A DNA stretch of 64,000 nucleotides from Vicugna vicugna (GCA_013265495.1 MU058584.1:6910407-6974406); one strand, 5' to 3'; counted from the stretch's first letter, positions 1 to 13,819 are shown. Notes: generated from the letters alone by a model not told the origin. Made by a program: numbers and translations.

Positions 1-272
1 CACTCCACTAGCTACTGTGTGGCCTTGTGTCATGTCACCTCACCAACGAGAGCTTCAGTTTCATGCGTTTATGAAAACCCATGTTTGACAAGTGATCCTT
101 TCTTGGTGTGCAGCTCTGTGGCACTCTAGGACAGTGGAGGGAGGCTGGAGGCAGCAGCACAGGCCACGGGGCAAGACTCTGTCCACTAAAGGATCTGATT
201 GCAGCCGCTCTGCCAAAAGCTACAGTCTTGACACCAACTGTACTATCATTTAGCACCAGCTCCAAGGGAGGT

Positions 273-280
273 GGGGCGGA
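273..280 (+). promoter_or_regulatory. GC box about 200 bp upstream of the first coding exon of FMO1 (possible internal promoter element)
   Basis: GGGGCGGA at 273-280. FMO1 is known to use alternative promoters, one just upstream of the first coding exon. Motif match only. Confidence 0.3.
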
Positions 281-484
281 AACTTACCAAGCACAAGGTT
301 AAACCAGTGACCTGAACATTTCTCTACTCACTTTCCCAACACCAGAAGCCTCAGAGGATTCAAATGGAGCAAACCACTTAATCTTTTCAATTCTTTTTCC
401 TGGTTTGCTGGAGCAGCCAAGGATGGGCTGGGGCTTTCGCTTGTGAATAAAAGGTTCTGCTTCGTTTTCCCCACACAGGAGAAC

Positions 485-616
485 ATGACCAAGAGGGTTG
501 CAATTGTGGGCGCTGGGGTCAGTGGCCTGGCCTCCATCCGGTGCTGTCTGGAGGAAGGACTGGAGCCCACCTGCTTCGAAAGGAGCGACGACCTTGGGGG
601 GCTGTGGAGATTCACT
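485..616 (+). CDS. FMO1: FMO1 coding exon 1 (FAD-binding GxGxxG)
   Basis: Acceptor cacag at 478, ATG at 485, [44 protein letters not shown], donor GTAAGT at 617; 132 nt. Confidence 0.97.
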
Positions 617-2169
617 GTAAGTGGGGCGTCAACTGCTTCGTTGTGTGTCTGTTGGAAAAGGGTTTGACTGGTCCAAAAAGAGACTGAATTTCTTCCACAA
701 GGGCTGGCGCCCATGGTGGGGGACTAGAAACATCTGTTGAACGGCAGGGCAGGAAGGGCCACTGAAAACAAGAAAAGAAAGAAGCAGGGCCCAGCCTGAA
801 TTTGGGCGGGAGGCGCATCAGCCGCCTTGCAAACTTTATCCAGAGCCAAGAGGAAGAAAGATGCTGACAAAGGGTAGAAGAGGATGGAGTGGGTGGGACA
901 GGCCAGGAAAGCCCAGGGCAAGGAGAAGAGGAGGGGAGCCAGGGGATATGAAGCAAGAGACTGCAGCGTAGGGGGCAATGGTGGAAACACAACTCAGGAA
1001 TTTCAGTCTCTGCCGGCAAGACCCGGCTGCTTATACCTGCTTCTTTTTCCAGCCCTGCTCTATCTGAGGTAAAACAACACAGGGCTTGGTGCACAATGAG
1101 TTCTAGATTCAAGGTCTTGCTGTTGAGGCAATCCCAAAAATAATCAGAAGCAAAGAACGTTTGAAGACTTTTTTTGTTGCCTGAGCAAAAAAAAAAGAAG
1201 AAGAAGCAGTAATATCCTCAAATCTCGGCAGGGCTAGAGTGTGGATTGGAGAGCAGAAATGGGTAGGGAAGGAGGGAGGCAACTCGAAAACCTACCCTTC
1301 ACTGGCCTGGGGCTCAGGGGAATCACAGGGGCCCTGCTGGGACCCTGGGGGCCCCATGGCTCGGCCAGGGAAGCATGTACATCAGATCTCCTCAAACCTC
1401 TTCTCCCTTCTTCTCAAGTGGGCAAAAACATCTCCCGTGAGCTTTAAAGCTGCCGAGGAGAAAGCTGTCAGTAAGATGAAAAGGAGCCAGGTGTCAGATA
1501 GCCTGGCCTCAGAGCTCCAAGGGGGCAAGAGAAAGACCTAGCATTTCTTTATTATAGAGAAGGGTGGAACCTGGGATGGAAACGAAGTAATTATTTCCTA
1601 ACTCAGTGAACAAAGCTCCAGGGAAGCCAAGGTTGCTGGTTTAGTCACAGCTCTCCCAGCACAGGAGGAAGAACTACATATCTTGAAATCTGTCCAGCCA
1701 TCAAACATGGCCATCAATGCAGAGATTCCCCAAGGGGGCCCAGGGGAAAGAACATCTGTCCCCATGATTCAAACCACATATATTCCAACAGGACAGCAGA
1801 AACGCGACACCCAGGCCATAGACTCTCATGTCCATTGAGGATATTGCTTACCAAGCATGATACATTTCCCCTGCTCGGCCTCAGAACCTTTCTTAACACA
1901 GCACACCAGACAAGCACGACAAATCCCTCAGAGTTGGAAGCTGGTTTGCAAGATAAAACAAGACGGACTACAGGAATAATTAATGAGTTATTTGGTTAAA
2001 GTACAAGTGAAAAGTGAGCCTGGAGACCATGAGATATCAGACAAAAATGCTCCTTATATAGATCACTGATACCTAATTATTAACACACAAAAATGTATTG
2101 ATCTAAAACTTCAGGCAAATGAGTTCTAGATCCAGCTGTGCCCAACTGGCTGTGTGACTTGGGCCAGAC

Positions 2170-3000
2170 ACCTGTGTACCAAGCACTGTGGGGGGCACAA
2201 AAATGAGAAGCCGTCATCCTGCCCTGGGGAGCTGTCTGGCTGATGGGAAAAGGGCAAGTCAGATATAGACCTCTATATAATGAGGTCAGGATCACGTTCA
2301 CCTGAGGGAAGTCAAGAAGGCTTCGTGGAGGAGATGGTGTGTGATGGACTTTGAAGGATTTCAACAGGCATAAGAGATTGAGTGGGAGTCACCAGGGAGG
2401 GAACTGTAAAGAAAAAGTACTGGGAATGCTTGGAAAATAAAAATAGCTTATTGGTATATGTGATATTTGTAAGAGAAATAATGGGTGGGGAAGTGGGTGG
2501 CTGAATGTTTGAGCATGGGATTCATACTCAGTCTAGAAAGCAATGGATGACGAGCAGAATTAAGATGTCTCCCTGTTGCTGTTGTTATGTTGGATGACAA
2601 GAAGACCAGTAAAGAGAAAATATCTGGATGGTAGGAAACAATTGTATACACAAGCCCAAACAGAGACAAGATCCTGGAAGAATAAGGAAGGAGTGGAATT
2701 GTAGGGAAGGGTTCACTCTGGAAAGATGGAGAGGTCCACCTTCCTCAGAGACAGGAGGGGAAGGAGAAGTGAACACGGGAGAGAAATGTTGAGGTCAAGG
2801 AAAGAAGATGCAGAAGCACACACATGGGAGGCGTCAATTCTTTCAGGAAAATATGACATCTCTGGAGGGTGAAGAAGGAGTGGGGGGCGGGAAGAGAATG
2901 GCGGTGGAGAATTAAGAAAACCAGAGAAGCCTGTGAGGCATCTGGTAGGATATCCAAAGGACGAGAAACAGGGTGACCCAGCAGGAGCCGAAGTAAAACG
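2170..3000 (-). mobile_element. Old LINE2-like remnant
   Basis: Purine-rich degenerate sequence typical of L2 reverse strand; boundaries approximate. Confidence 0.4.
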
Positions 3001-3298
3001 GTGCCCAACTAACAAGTCATTTCAGCCCCTGTTACTTCATGTGGGAAATGAGAACGTGGGATCAGTTTAGAAAATAGAGGCTGAAGTGTCAGGCAACTGC
3101 CCTCAGCTTCATTCAGCAACCCTCTCTTGACACAGTGGCCCCTTTAGGCACCTCTGAACTAGCCTGAGATTCCTCTGAAGGCTGATTGAAAATCTTTAAA
3201 CTAGGTGACCTTGAAGGAGACTTGAAGGAGACTTTAACAAGCTGTGAGTCTCCTGGGTCTTTTTAAAGACGTCCCTTCCCCCTCCTACCCCAGCAGAA

Positions 3299-3347
3299 AC
3301 ACACACACACACACACACACGCACACACACACACATACGCACGCACA
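3299..3347. repeat. (CA)n microsatellite
   Basis: Interrupted AC repeat seen directly. Confidence 0.95.
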
Positions 3348-4879
3348 CCGTGAAAGATGGATAGAGATGCTTATGCAATCAAAGCAGCGGCTTTGATTTC
3401 TAATTCAAAACCTGCAGAATTAGAAAGCCTGCCCTGGCAAGGGCCATGTTTGCCAGAAAGTGAACAAGGAGGATCCTTGGTGCCTGTTCTGAGTGGAAGG
3501 GGCCATAATACAGAAATGCACAAACTGCAGAAACCCAATAAAACATATGTGGAGAAGGTTTCCATTTACCAATAGGGAGATGGTCCCAAAATTACAGAGA
3601 TTATAAACTACTGCACTTAATTCAACACTCACATGGGCATAACTGGTCTCTTCCAGACCACAATCTTAAGAAAAAGTTAAGCAGACAAAGATTGCAATGG
3701 AAAAGAAAGGTCATCACTCACTGGGTGGTGGAGGGGTTGGGAACCTTTAAAAAGAAAAGGGATACATTGGTGAAGAACCCGCTTGTGATCACCAACTCAA
3801 GGGGCTGCAGAAGGTAGGTGGGGAGCGTCTGTTCCAAAATCAGCTCTCTCAGGCTCTTGAGAGTGAAGAGAGGATTAGGACAATTATGATGCAGGTTGAT
3901 AATCTCAATTATAGAGTAACGCGTGAAGAAATGAAATGTGAGGAATTGTCCTGTCACTCATAATTAATATTACTCAGAGAATTTTAGTACAGGAAGGAGA
4001 CCTGAGAAACAGCCCTCATGTACAATCGCACTGACATCAGCTAGAGGCTATTATACTGCACTGGTAGAAACACATTCTGCTTCATCCTTCAGATCCCTGA
4101 AACAATAACCCTCCCTGGAATGACTTTCTTCCTTATGTGCATCAAGGTCTTTTCCTCTGCACATGCCTCCTTTCATTTCTCAACATTTATTGAGCACCTA
4201 CTACAAGCCTTATGTACCACATATTTTTAGATTTACTGAGGGCAAGATGAAGAGAAATACTACACCCCTTAAGTCATTGAGAGTTCTTCAGCTATCTTTA
4301 CGCCTGGTAAATCTGATTTTTGTGGGAGCTGAAATGAGTTGGGTACCATTTTACTTCGTGTTTAATTGAATTTTTTTTTTTTACTTCTTCTTAAAAGCCT
4401 TATTTCTAATAGTTCAGTAATCTTGCTAGGTTTCTTTTTATTCATACATTCAATGAACAGCTATGGAATTCCTATTATCTTGGAGGGGAATACACCTGGC
4501 AGGTCCCTACCCTCTTGGGGGTTCCCCAAATCTCCTCAGGTTTCCACAGCTCTCCTGTGCTGCAGATCTGAGAACAGGACACAGCCCTTCAGTAAGAGTC
4601 AGACTCTCACGAGGGAGAGACAGTGACAAAGCAAAATGGGTTCTGGCTGTTCGAAGAAGCAGAAAAGAAAACAATTGTTCTCGAGGACAAATGGTGTGAA
4701 TGTCGTGCATTAGGAGACTGTCTCTATGTACCTACGTGACTTTTGTTAATGTTTTACGTCTATTTTTTTAAATCAGAAAGGAAAGACCTTTGAGCTGACA
4801 AAGCTTTCTTTCCATTGCCTATAATCCTCTCGGAAGGGCACAAACTTGAGAAAGTAAATCTCCTTGGTCATTGTAGAAT

Positions 4880-5095
4880 AATACAAATAACAAGTAACAT
4901 TTATTGAGCACTTAGCAGGCACTGTTCTAAATGCAAAATAGCTATCATTTCAGTTAATCATATGTACTATTTTTATTCCTATTTATTGATGAGGAAACTG
5001 AGACACAGAGAGGTTAAGAAAATTCCCAAGTTTACCCAGCTAAAAATGTAGAGCTTGAATATGAACCCAGGCTGTCTGACTTTGGGGTCTGTGCC
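4880..5095 (-). mobile_element. MIR SINE
   Basis: Core gatgaggaaactgagacacagagaggttaag and tail gaacccaggctgtctgac. Confidence 0.8.
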
Positions 5096-6360
5096 ACAGG
5101 AACTCAGGAATGACATTTCATGCATTTCCAGGGTCTGTATCACAGTTCAAGAATAAAGACAGGCAAATCCTGGTCTGTTCACGGAATCCCATGAAGTGTT
5201 CTAGTGAATGATGGGGTCCTTCCCATTGTGCTGCAGAACCAAGTAGACCAGGAAGCCAGAAACCCCTCCATTCTTGCTCTTATCCTTCTCCCTCTCTTTA
5301 CAGTCAGTCACTCCTCCCCCCTCATTCAGTTTTCCCTGCAGGACAGAAATCTTTCCCCGAAGTGCCCTCATCTGTCCCCAGGAAGAACATGCTTCCACAT
5401 TCAGAGTGCCAGGGCACTTGGCAGACACACACAGAGACAGTGCCAAGAGTGCCTGCCTGCAGCCGGCGGTCCCAGCAGGGCCTGGGAATCACAGGGGCAC
5501 ATTGTTCACTGAGGCAAACACTGGAGGAGCAGAATCAGGACCCATTCAGAAGTGACATGGACCCATAATTTCTGTATATATCCCAAACACTCCAGACCTT
5601 GTATTTTCCCAGAGAAACAATCAGTAGGAAGAAAAAGAGACAGAGCGAAAAAATAGTGTTAGATTCCACTCTAAAGGTTAAATTTCCACTCTAAGCTACA
5701 GTTTCTCCTCAGTCGCCATTTGTGATACATTATTTCACAACAGGCATCAGTGTTTCCCAGAAACGTTTTCTTCTTCCATCTTATTATCTTCCAAAATTTT
5801 GCAAAACCGAGTTGTTAATTTTTTAATTATTATTTCTGGCTGTGTGTTCATTTGTTTTAATGTTCCCCATGGTTCCCTGGCTTATCCAATTCCCATGTGT
5901 TCCCCATCACTCTTTGATATTTAAACATGCCATTACAAAATGTTTTAAATTTTTTTGAACTATTTTTGTGTAAATCTTTACAACATGGTATTATGCATAC
6001 CTCTCTACCCCTTTTAAACAGTATATATTCCCAACGTAGCCTTTTATTATTGTTAACTAGAAACTGGCAGTATTAACAAAGTGTTATTTACAACGTGATG
6101 CTCTCAGATGCCAGAGGAAAATATAGGAGCTTTCGTTGTACATTAACTGACTCCAAAATGTTTACGAGTCATGTTTTTCTCCTTACACTATGGTTTCTTC
6201 CCTAGCTGTTTGTTCTCACCTCTCAGGATTACAGCTCTTTATAGCTGTTCCTATTCTCTGTTTTCCTATAACCCAGAGGAAACTTGATCACTTTTAATTA
6301 CATCAAACCAACACTAAATTTAGTTCCAATATTTGGCTTCAAGTTTAAGAATGTTCCTAA

Positions 6361-6812
6361 GCAGGGTTGTCCAACAAGGTAGCCAGCAGCCACATGTAAC
6401 TATGGAATGTGGTTGATAGGACTAAGAAACTTAATTTTTAATTTAATTTAGTTTTAATTAATTTTAACTTTAAAACCAACACTTGATTCAGTTATTAATT
6501 TTCAACTATCTTTGTTAACAATTTCGGTATGGTGTGTGAATCCACTTTTTCCAATGAAAATTTAGCGTTTGAATTAAGATGTGTAAACTACACATTGGAT
6601 TTAGAAGATTTAATATGAGAAAAAAATTTAATATTTTATTAATAATATTTGTATTGATTGCACTTTGAAATAATATAGCTTTGGATATATTGAGTTAAAC
6701 AAAATATACCGGTAAAATTAATTTCAACTCTTTCTCTTTACTTTGTTATTGTGGCTACTGAGAAATTTTATATAGTACAAATGTGGCCTCATCACATTCC
6801 TACCGGGCAGGA
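6361..6812 (+). mobile_element. hAT-Charlie non-autonomous element (Charlie1/MER33-like)
   Basis: Start cagggttgtccaa..gtagcca..agccacatg, AT-rich body, degenerate terminus. Confidence 0.55.
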
Positions 6813-6825
6813 CTGCTCCCAGACC

Positions 6826-6976
6826 TTGCAACTCAAAGCATGATTCATGACCCAGCAGCATCTTCATGGGAGCTTGTTAGAAATACAGAATCTCAGGCTC
6901 ACCTGGACCTACTGAATCGGCATCTACATGTTAATAAGATTCCCCAGGCAATTCTTTACAAGATTTAGGAACACTG
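6826..6976. mobile_element. MER5A-like hAT MITE
   Basis: gggagcttgttagaaatacagaatctcaggc...ctactgaatc...aagattccccagg. Confidence 0.75.
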
Positions 6977-7175
6977 ATCTAGAGAGCTGTGTTTCTCACA
7001 CTGTGAAGAAGAATCAGGTTTGCTTGTTTGTTTTAATTTCCAAGAAAGTATAAGCAATTATATTTGTTGAACATAATAAAAATGAACTATTAGAAAAATG
7101 AAAGTAAAAGAAAAATATCAAAATATAAGTTCAAAATATACATAGAGTCAAAAGACATTCAAAAAATTTCAATAA

Positions 7176-8420
7176 TCAACTCAAAATGGATTAAAGACTT
7201 AAACATAAGACAAGATACAATAAACCTCCTAGAGGAAAACATAGGCAAAACATTATCTGACATACATTTCAAAAATTTTCTCCTAGAAGAAATAAAAGCA
7301 AGAATAAACAAATGGGACCTAATGAAACTTACAAGCTTCTGCAGAGCAAAGGAAACCAGAAATAAAACAAGAAGAAAACCTACGGAATGGGAGAAAATTT
7401 TTGCAAGTGAAACCGACAAAGGCTTGATCTCCAGAATATATAAGCAGCTCATACGACTCAATAAGAAAAAAATAAACAACCCAATCCAAAAATGGGCAGA
7501 AGACCTAAACAAGCAATTCGCCAAGGAAGACATACAAATGATCAAAAAACACATGAAAAAATGTTCAATATCACTAATTATCAGAGAAATGCAAATCAAA
7601 ACTACAATGAGGTATCACCTCACACCAGTCAGAATGGCCGTCATTCAAAAATCCAAAAATGACAAATGCTGGAGAGGCTGTGGAGAAAGGGGAACCCTCC
7701 TACACTGCTGGTGGGAATGCAGTTTGGTGCAGCCACTATGGAAAACAGTGTGGAGATTCCTCAAAAGACTAGGAATAGACTTACCATATGACCCAGGAAT
7801 CCCACTCCTGGGCTTGTATCCAGAAGGAAATCTACTTCAGGATGACACCTGCACCCCAATGTTCATAGCAGCACTATTTACAATAGCCAAAACATGGAAA
7901 CAGCCTAAATGTCCATCAACAGGTGACTGGATAAAGAAGATGTGGTATATTTATACAATGGAATACTACTCAGCCATAAAAACCGACAACATAATGCCAT
8001 TTGCAGCAACATGGATGCTCCTAGAGAATGTCATTCTAAGTGAAGTAAGCCAGAAAGAGAAAGAAAAATACCATATGAGATCGCTCATATGTGGAATCTA
8101 AAAAACAAAAACAAACAAACAAACAAAAACAAAGCATAAATACAGGACAGAAATAGACTCATGGACAGAGAATACAGACTTGTGGTTACCAGGGGGGTAG
8201 AGGGTGGGAAGGGATAGACTGGGATTTCAAAATTGTAGAATAGATAAACAAGATTACACTGTATAGCACAGGGAAATATACACAAAATGTTATGATAAAT
8301 CACAGAGAAAAAAATGTGACAATGAGTGTGTATATGTCCATGAATGACTGAAAAATTGTGCTGAACACTGGAATTTGACACAACACTGTAAAATGATTAT
8401 GAATCAATAAAAAATGTTAA
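7176..8420 (+). mobile_element. Young 5'-truncated L1 (open ORF2 C-terminus plus 3'UTR), sense to FMO1
   Basis: Stop-free ORF2 frame 7172-8101 with CCHC motif [24 protein letters not shown] 8406-8411; perfect 15-bp TSD aaaaaatttcaataa at 7161-7175 and 8421-8435. Confidence 0.95.
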
Positions 8421-10659
8421 AAAAAATTTCAATAAATGTCATTAAACATAGAAATAGAAGAAAACAATTCAAAAAAGTGGACACATTGTGCTTTGACAGT
8501 GTGTGCAAGGCAATTACTATAGAGAATCACTATTATACTTGTAACTTTTTGCCAAACAAAGCATTACATGTGCAATGCTAGTTTGCCATGTTAAACACCT
8601 GTAGGCGCATTTTCACTATGCATTGTGCTGACTAATACTTAAGATTTTTAATGTGATAATTAAGCCTGCTACTTGTTTGTCATTTTATCTAATCTGTTTC
8701 AATGGATGACCACACTCCTCCCAAGAGATAATATATATCTGTGTTTCTAAGGTTTGCTTACTAGCACACATAGTAGAGAGACGCTCACAGAATATGTTCA
8801 ATGGAATGGAAAAAAAGATTTTAAAGCAACCTCAGCAAGCTTGGGATATTTTTTGTTTAACTGCTATCCAAAATGAAGCAAGTAGTGATGAATTTTTAAA
8901 ACTTATCTTCAGTTCTTTATCAGTAGTCAGTGCTGATAATTTATTCTGTAAAGTTATAATCAAATATCAATTATTCTTCAATGAAAGAAAATAATTATAG
9001 ATTCTATGCACTTTTAGATAAGTCTTCAAACTAACCTTAAAACGTCACACATTGTAATATAGCCCTACCCACACGACTAGTACACAGTTCAAATCCCACA
9101 CAACTCATCACGTGACTGAGACAAACCCAAGACTGACCTATGTCCCATTCACCATAAAGGAGTCCATATGCCTGGATGTTGTGCAATGTCAAATTATTGC
9201 TATAAGATTTTCAAGATGCTCACTTTCAGTTTCTATAGTTATATTTTCATAGATAGGAAGCAAACAGTTCGTATCAGTTTGACTCTGCTGACTACATCTC
9301 TGAACAGCACTGCTTTGATCTTCCCATAAAATAAAGGATCAGGATTTAAATAGCCATCTTTCTCGGAAGCCAGTAAGATTCCAGTTTTCTAGATTTATTC
9401 TGGATAAGTGAGACTGTCAGATGTGGGGCCAGAGATGAGCAGGGAATAGTAAACTCATAAGCTGATGAGATCGGTAACATTAATTCAAACCACCAAGATA
9501 TGTTTACAATTTTATTCTCTGTTATCTCTACATATTTCATGCAGATCTACATTCACACCTCTTGAGGGACAAAAAGTCCTCTCCATATGTCATGTTTATG
9601 TCCATGTTTTTACTTGTTTATACAAATAATTATTGTTCCACAGGAAAAAAAAAAGAACTATACATATCCAAGATGGTAAAAAATATTAAAATGCTGAGAA
9701 CTTTCCCATGAAATTAGAACAGTCCTTGCTAATACATCCAAAAGACAGAGGCAGTGTATAAGCCTAAATGAATACGTGAACCTCGTACTGTTCAGCCTTG
9801 TAGTGGTTGTCTGAGAGATGACTATGTGCTAGTTATTCAAGTTGAAACGGGGGTGGGACATCGATTAGGGTTTTGCCATGCTGATAGTTGTCCAGTCTGT
9901 AAACCTTCAACCTGCTTCCTCTTCCAAACCCTAAATCCAATCAGTTTCACAGTCCTATGCATTCTACCCTACTGCTGCCTCACAAATCCTCTCTCTCTTA
10001 GTTTCAACTTCCACTGTCTTCGCTCAGGCCCTCATTGGCAATCATGTGGACTTGTGTTCCAAGTTCTTAAGCAGCTTCTTTCCTCCCTTTCCAGATCGCT
10101 CTAACTCATCTTTTGTAAAACCAGAATTATCTCTCCAAAATTTAATATGAATCACTTCTATGTTAAGACATTCAAAAAAACTGCCATCACCTTTCCATGA
10201 AACTCAAATTCCTTAACTTTAGATACAAAAATCCTTCATAATCTAAACTTCCTTCTCCACAATCTTTTCAACAACACCTTGTGAAACCAAACTGCCTAGC
10301 AATAGTCTATCATCCAGATACTACCTCCTGGATCTGGTATTATTTCCATGTTCTCCTCTCTTTTGCAGTGATCTGGTATGAATCTGGACAGGTGAGTTTT
10401 CCCAGGCTTGTTTGTTAGTGCATAATGAATGAAATTATAATTCTGATCATGATATTCATAGTGGGGTCCAATGTTCATCATCGGTCAGGTAAGTGCAGGA
10501 TAGCAAATCCCATTAGAAAGGTAGCAGGTTGCATAAATCATCTGGGTCACCTTAATTTTAGTCAATGCTTGAAATGTCTAAAAATTAACATCCATTTCAC
10601 GAGTGTGCACGCACATGCACACAGGCATACCTGCTCATGTGCCTGCATTGTTTATACAG

Positions 10660-10848
10660 GAAGACGTTGAGGAAGGCAGAGCCAGCCTCTACAAGTCTGT
10701 GGTTTCCAACAGCTGCAAGGAGATGTCTTGTTACCCAGACTTCCCATTCCCAGAAGATTGTCCAGTCTATGTGCCACATTCTCAGTTCCTGGAATATCTC
10801 AAAATGTACGCAAACCGGTTCGACCTTCTGAAATGCATTCAATTCAAG
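10660..10848 (+). CDS. FMO1: FMO1 coding exon 2 (contains active-site Asn61)
   Basis: tacag acceptor, EDVEEGRASLYKSVVSNSCKEMSCYPDFPFPED...IQFK, donor GTAAGA; 189 nt. Confidence 0.97.
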
Positions 10849-11605
10849 GTAAGAAAGACACAAAACATCAGTTGGTAGTCAGGAAGTATTTCCTGCCTAT
10901 TTCCTATTATCCCTCTGTTGCCTGCCCCCAGGCTCTGTTAGATGAGATCATGAACTGGCAAGACTGATGACACCTGGTTGGATTCCTTTTCCTGTTGTAT
11001 TTACACTCACCCTAAGTAAATCTGGAGGTGAAAGTGAATACTTCGTCTGTGGACTCACATGTATAAATTTTTTAGTTTGCAATGCTTATATCCAAGTATT
11101 CAAAAGGATCTAAAAAATGTCAAACCACATTTTCAGTTTGGGCCAAGTGCCAAGGGACATTGAGAACTTCCTACCAGCTCCTAGGTACTCTATTTTGAAT
11201 GCCCCTTTATAGGAGTGGGCGTGTGTGCTGGCTTATACACAAGAGAATCTCACCGTTTGAAGGAAGTCTTTTCTGCTTATCCTCGAGAATAGGAAAATCT
11301 TTGAATGTGTATCTTCTCATAGGCCATACCCACCTCCCTCCCCATTTCAGAGGACAGAGACAGGAGGAAGGTATAAGGACAGGGCAAATGAATATATCCT
11401 CTTTCTTCTCTTTCTTTTTTCCTTCTTTGCTTCCTCTGTAAGAAACACGAAAATCCATGTGTTTCCTTTCTCCTAGTTTCCTCCCTGTTAGAGTTGGGGA
11501 AGGTAAGGAATTCCTGGGGAATTACACAAAGAAAGCAACATTAATGGAAAGATTGACCAAAACATGTAGCATGTAAGAGTCATATCACAACCTTAAAAGT
11601 ACTCC

Positions 11606-12298
11606 TGATCCAGGTGAAATCACTATCTCAAAGAGGTATCTATACCTCCATGTTAACTGCAGCATTATTTACAATGGCCAAGACTTGGAAACAACTTAAG
11701 TGTCCATTGATGGATAAGTAAATAAAGAAAACATTATGGGTGATAGGTAGATAGAGAGAGAGAAACAGAAAGACAAACAATGGAATATTATTCAGTCAAG
11801 ATAAAGAAGGAAATCCTACCACTTGCAAACACATGTATAAACCTTGAGAGCATTATGCTAAGTGAAATAAGTCAGAGAAGGACAAACACTCTATGATCTT
11901 ATTTACATGTGGAATCTAAAACACACACACACAACTCATAGAAACAGAGATCAGACTGATGGTTGCCAGAGGTGGAGTGCGGTGTTAGGGAGGGAAGTGA
12001 GTGAAGGTGGTCAATAGGTCCAAACTTTCAGTTAAAAGATAAATCAGTTCTGGGGATGTAATGTACAGCATGGCAGCTATAATTAACAGTATTGGATTGT
12101 GTATTTGAAAGCTGCTAAGAGAGTATCTTAAAAGTTCTCATCATAAGAAAAAAAATGCAACTATGTGAGATGAAGAATGCTACCTAAACTTATTGTAGTA
12201 ACCATTTTACAATATATACATATATCAAATCATCATGTTGTATATTTTAAATGTATACAGTGCTATATGTCAATTATATCTCAATAAAACAAGAAACA
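11606..12298 (+). mobile_element. Older L1 3' fragment (L1MA-like)
   Basis: Degenerate ORF2 end plus 3'UTR ending tcaattatatctcaataaa; flanking repeat taaaagta(c/t)tcc at 11594-11605 and 12299-12310. Confidence 0.85.
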
Positions 12299-12459
12299 TA
12301 AAAGTATTCCAGTTTTACAAAGAGTAGTTCATAATCACTTCCTTATTTTCCAAGGAACACAGTAAAAATAATGCACTACCATAGTCACAAAAACATTTTG
12401 AATTCATCAGAATTCCTGAATCTGAAGCATTTCCTTTACTATACCACTGTGCAAGCCTG

Positions 12460-12605
12460 TTTTTTTTTGTTTGTTTGTTTAAATTTTTTTTGGTGGAGGA
12501 GGTAATTAGTTTTATTTATTTATTTTTTGGGAGGTACTGGGGACTGAACCCAGGACCTTATGCATGCTAAGCATGTACTCTGCCACTTGAGCTACACTCT
12601 CCCCC
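12460..12605 (-). mobile_element. Vic-1-like tRNA-derived SINE
   Basis: Reverse complement of GGGGAG..TAGCTCAAGTGG.AGAG.ACATGCTTAGCATGC.TAAGGTCCTGGGTTCA; TSD ctgtgcaa(g/a)cctgtttt at 12447 and 12606. Confidence 0.9.
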
Positions 12606-13065
12606 CTGTGCAAACCTGTTTTAAAATAACTTTTTAAAAAAAACTAAATATTCACCAAAGTTTTAATAAAGAACACACAAGCAGCTGTGAGAGGTTTTGC
12701 TTTTCCTACCTTTCTAGACATTCCAAATTTTCAATGAACACATTATTTTCAAGATAAAAATAAATTTTATTTTGAAAGGACTTTTTAATTAACTGAAAAT
12801 GTATATTTTAAAAAGACAATTGCTATTACAAATGTGGAACCCAACAAGCACTTCAAATATTATAAACCAAACAGTGAACCATTAGGAGGGACCTGAGAAG
12901 TCTGTCTTCTCTGAAAACCGTAAAGAAAGCAAGCAGCGAAGTCTCTTGGTCAGTGGTTCACTTATGCTTTTAAATTTGACTTGTAAATTTCTTTCGGATA
13001 TTTTCTGAATCAGAACCTAGTATCCATGGACATATGTGTACTCAATGAGAACAAAAAATGGACAA

Positions 13066-13285
13066 CAGCTGACCTCTGAACAAAGCAAGGGCTTAGGGGC
13101 ACCTACTCTCTGCGCAGAGGAAAATTCCCATTTACTCCACATCCCAGGTGCCTCTGTATCTACAGTTCCACATCCACAGATTGAACTAGCTATTAATGCT
13201 ATTGTACTGTAATACTTACTATTTTAAAAAATCTGCATATAAGTGGACCTGCACAGTTAAACCCATGTTGTTCAAAGATCAACTG
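13066..13285. mobile_element. Tigger2-family MITE
   Basis: Terminal inverted repeats CAGCTGACCTCTGAACAA and TTGTTCAAAGATCAACTG followed by TA; same TIR type as the large element at 61236. Confidence 0.8.
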
Positions 13286-13819
13286 TATTTGAAATGTGGA
13301 CAACTCTCAAAAAGATCCAGAAATAAAGTCAGCATTTTTCAATAGTCCTCTGGGTCAGGGAAAACCTCAACAACATATTCTTCAAGACCTTTCATAAGCT
13401 AAGATACTTGGGACCAAATTTACATTTTCATTTACATTTTATCCATATTCTCATTAAAGGAACTGTTGTAAAAGATACAGCTCTATGAGAACTGTACATA
13501 ATAGAAAAAAAATTTTTTTAAACAAAGAAAGACCTAGGTTATAATCTTGTTTCTATCACTTACTGTGAGAATTTGAGTAAATCACTTAAAATTTTTGGAC
13601 CTCACCACCTCTCTTAAATACCCCTCTACAACTCTAGGCTTAGAATACTTCCATCCAGGAAATTATGATTAGTCTGGTAATGCAATTTAACTCCTAGGGT
13701 TATGCTTATTATGTTTAGTCTGTGCTCTAGAACATTTGAAATGTCAATTGACACACCAGCCAGCAAGCCCTTACTGGAAGCTTGAAAACGATTAATCATG
13801 TCAATGATTGTTTTTTCAG

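Noticed and set aside
328..714. Antisense ORFs over FMO exons (also 22770-23123, 25416-25790, 41846-42106)
   Set aside because: Shadow frames of real exons with no independent coding signal.
7322..8101. Longest ORF (259 aa) as a host gene
   Set aside because: It is the L1 ORF2 C-terminus inside a TSD-bounded, 5'-truncated insertion with no promoter.
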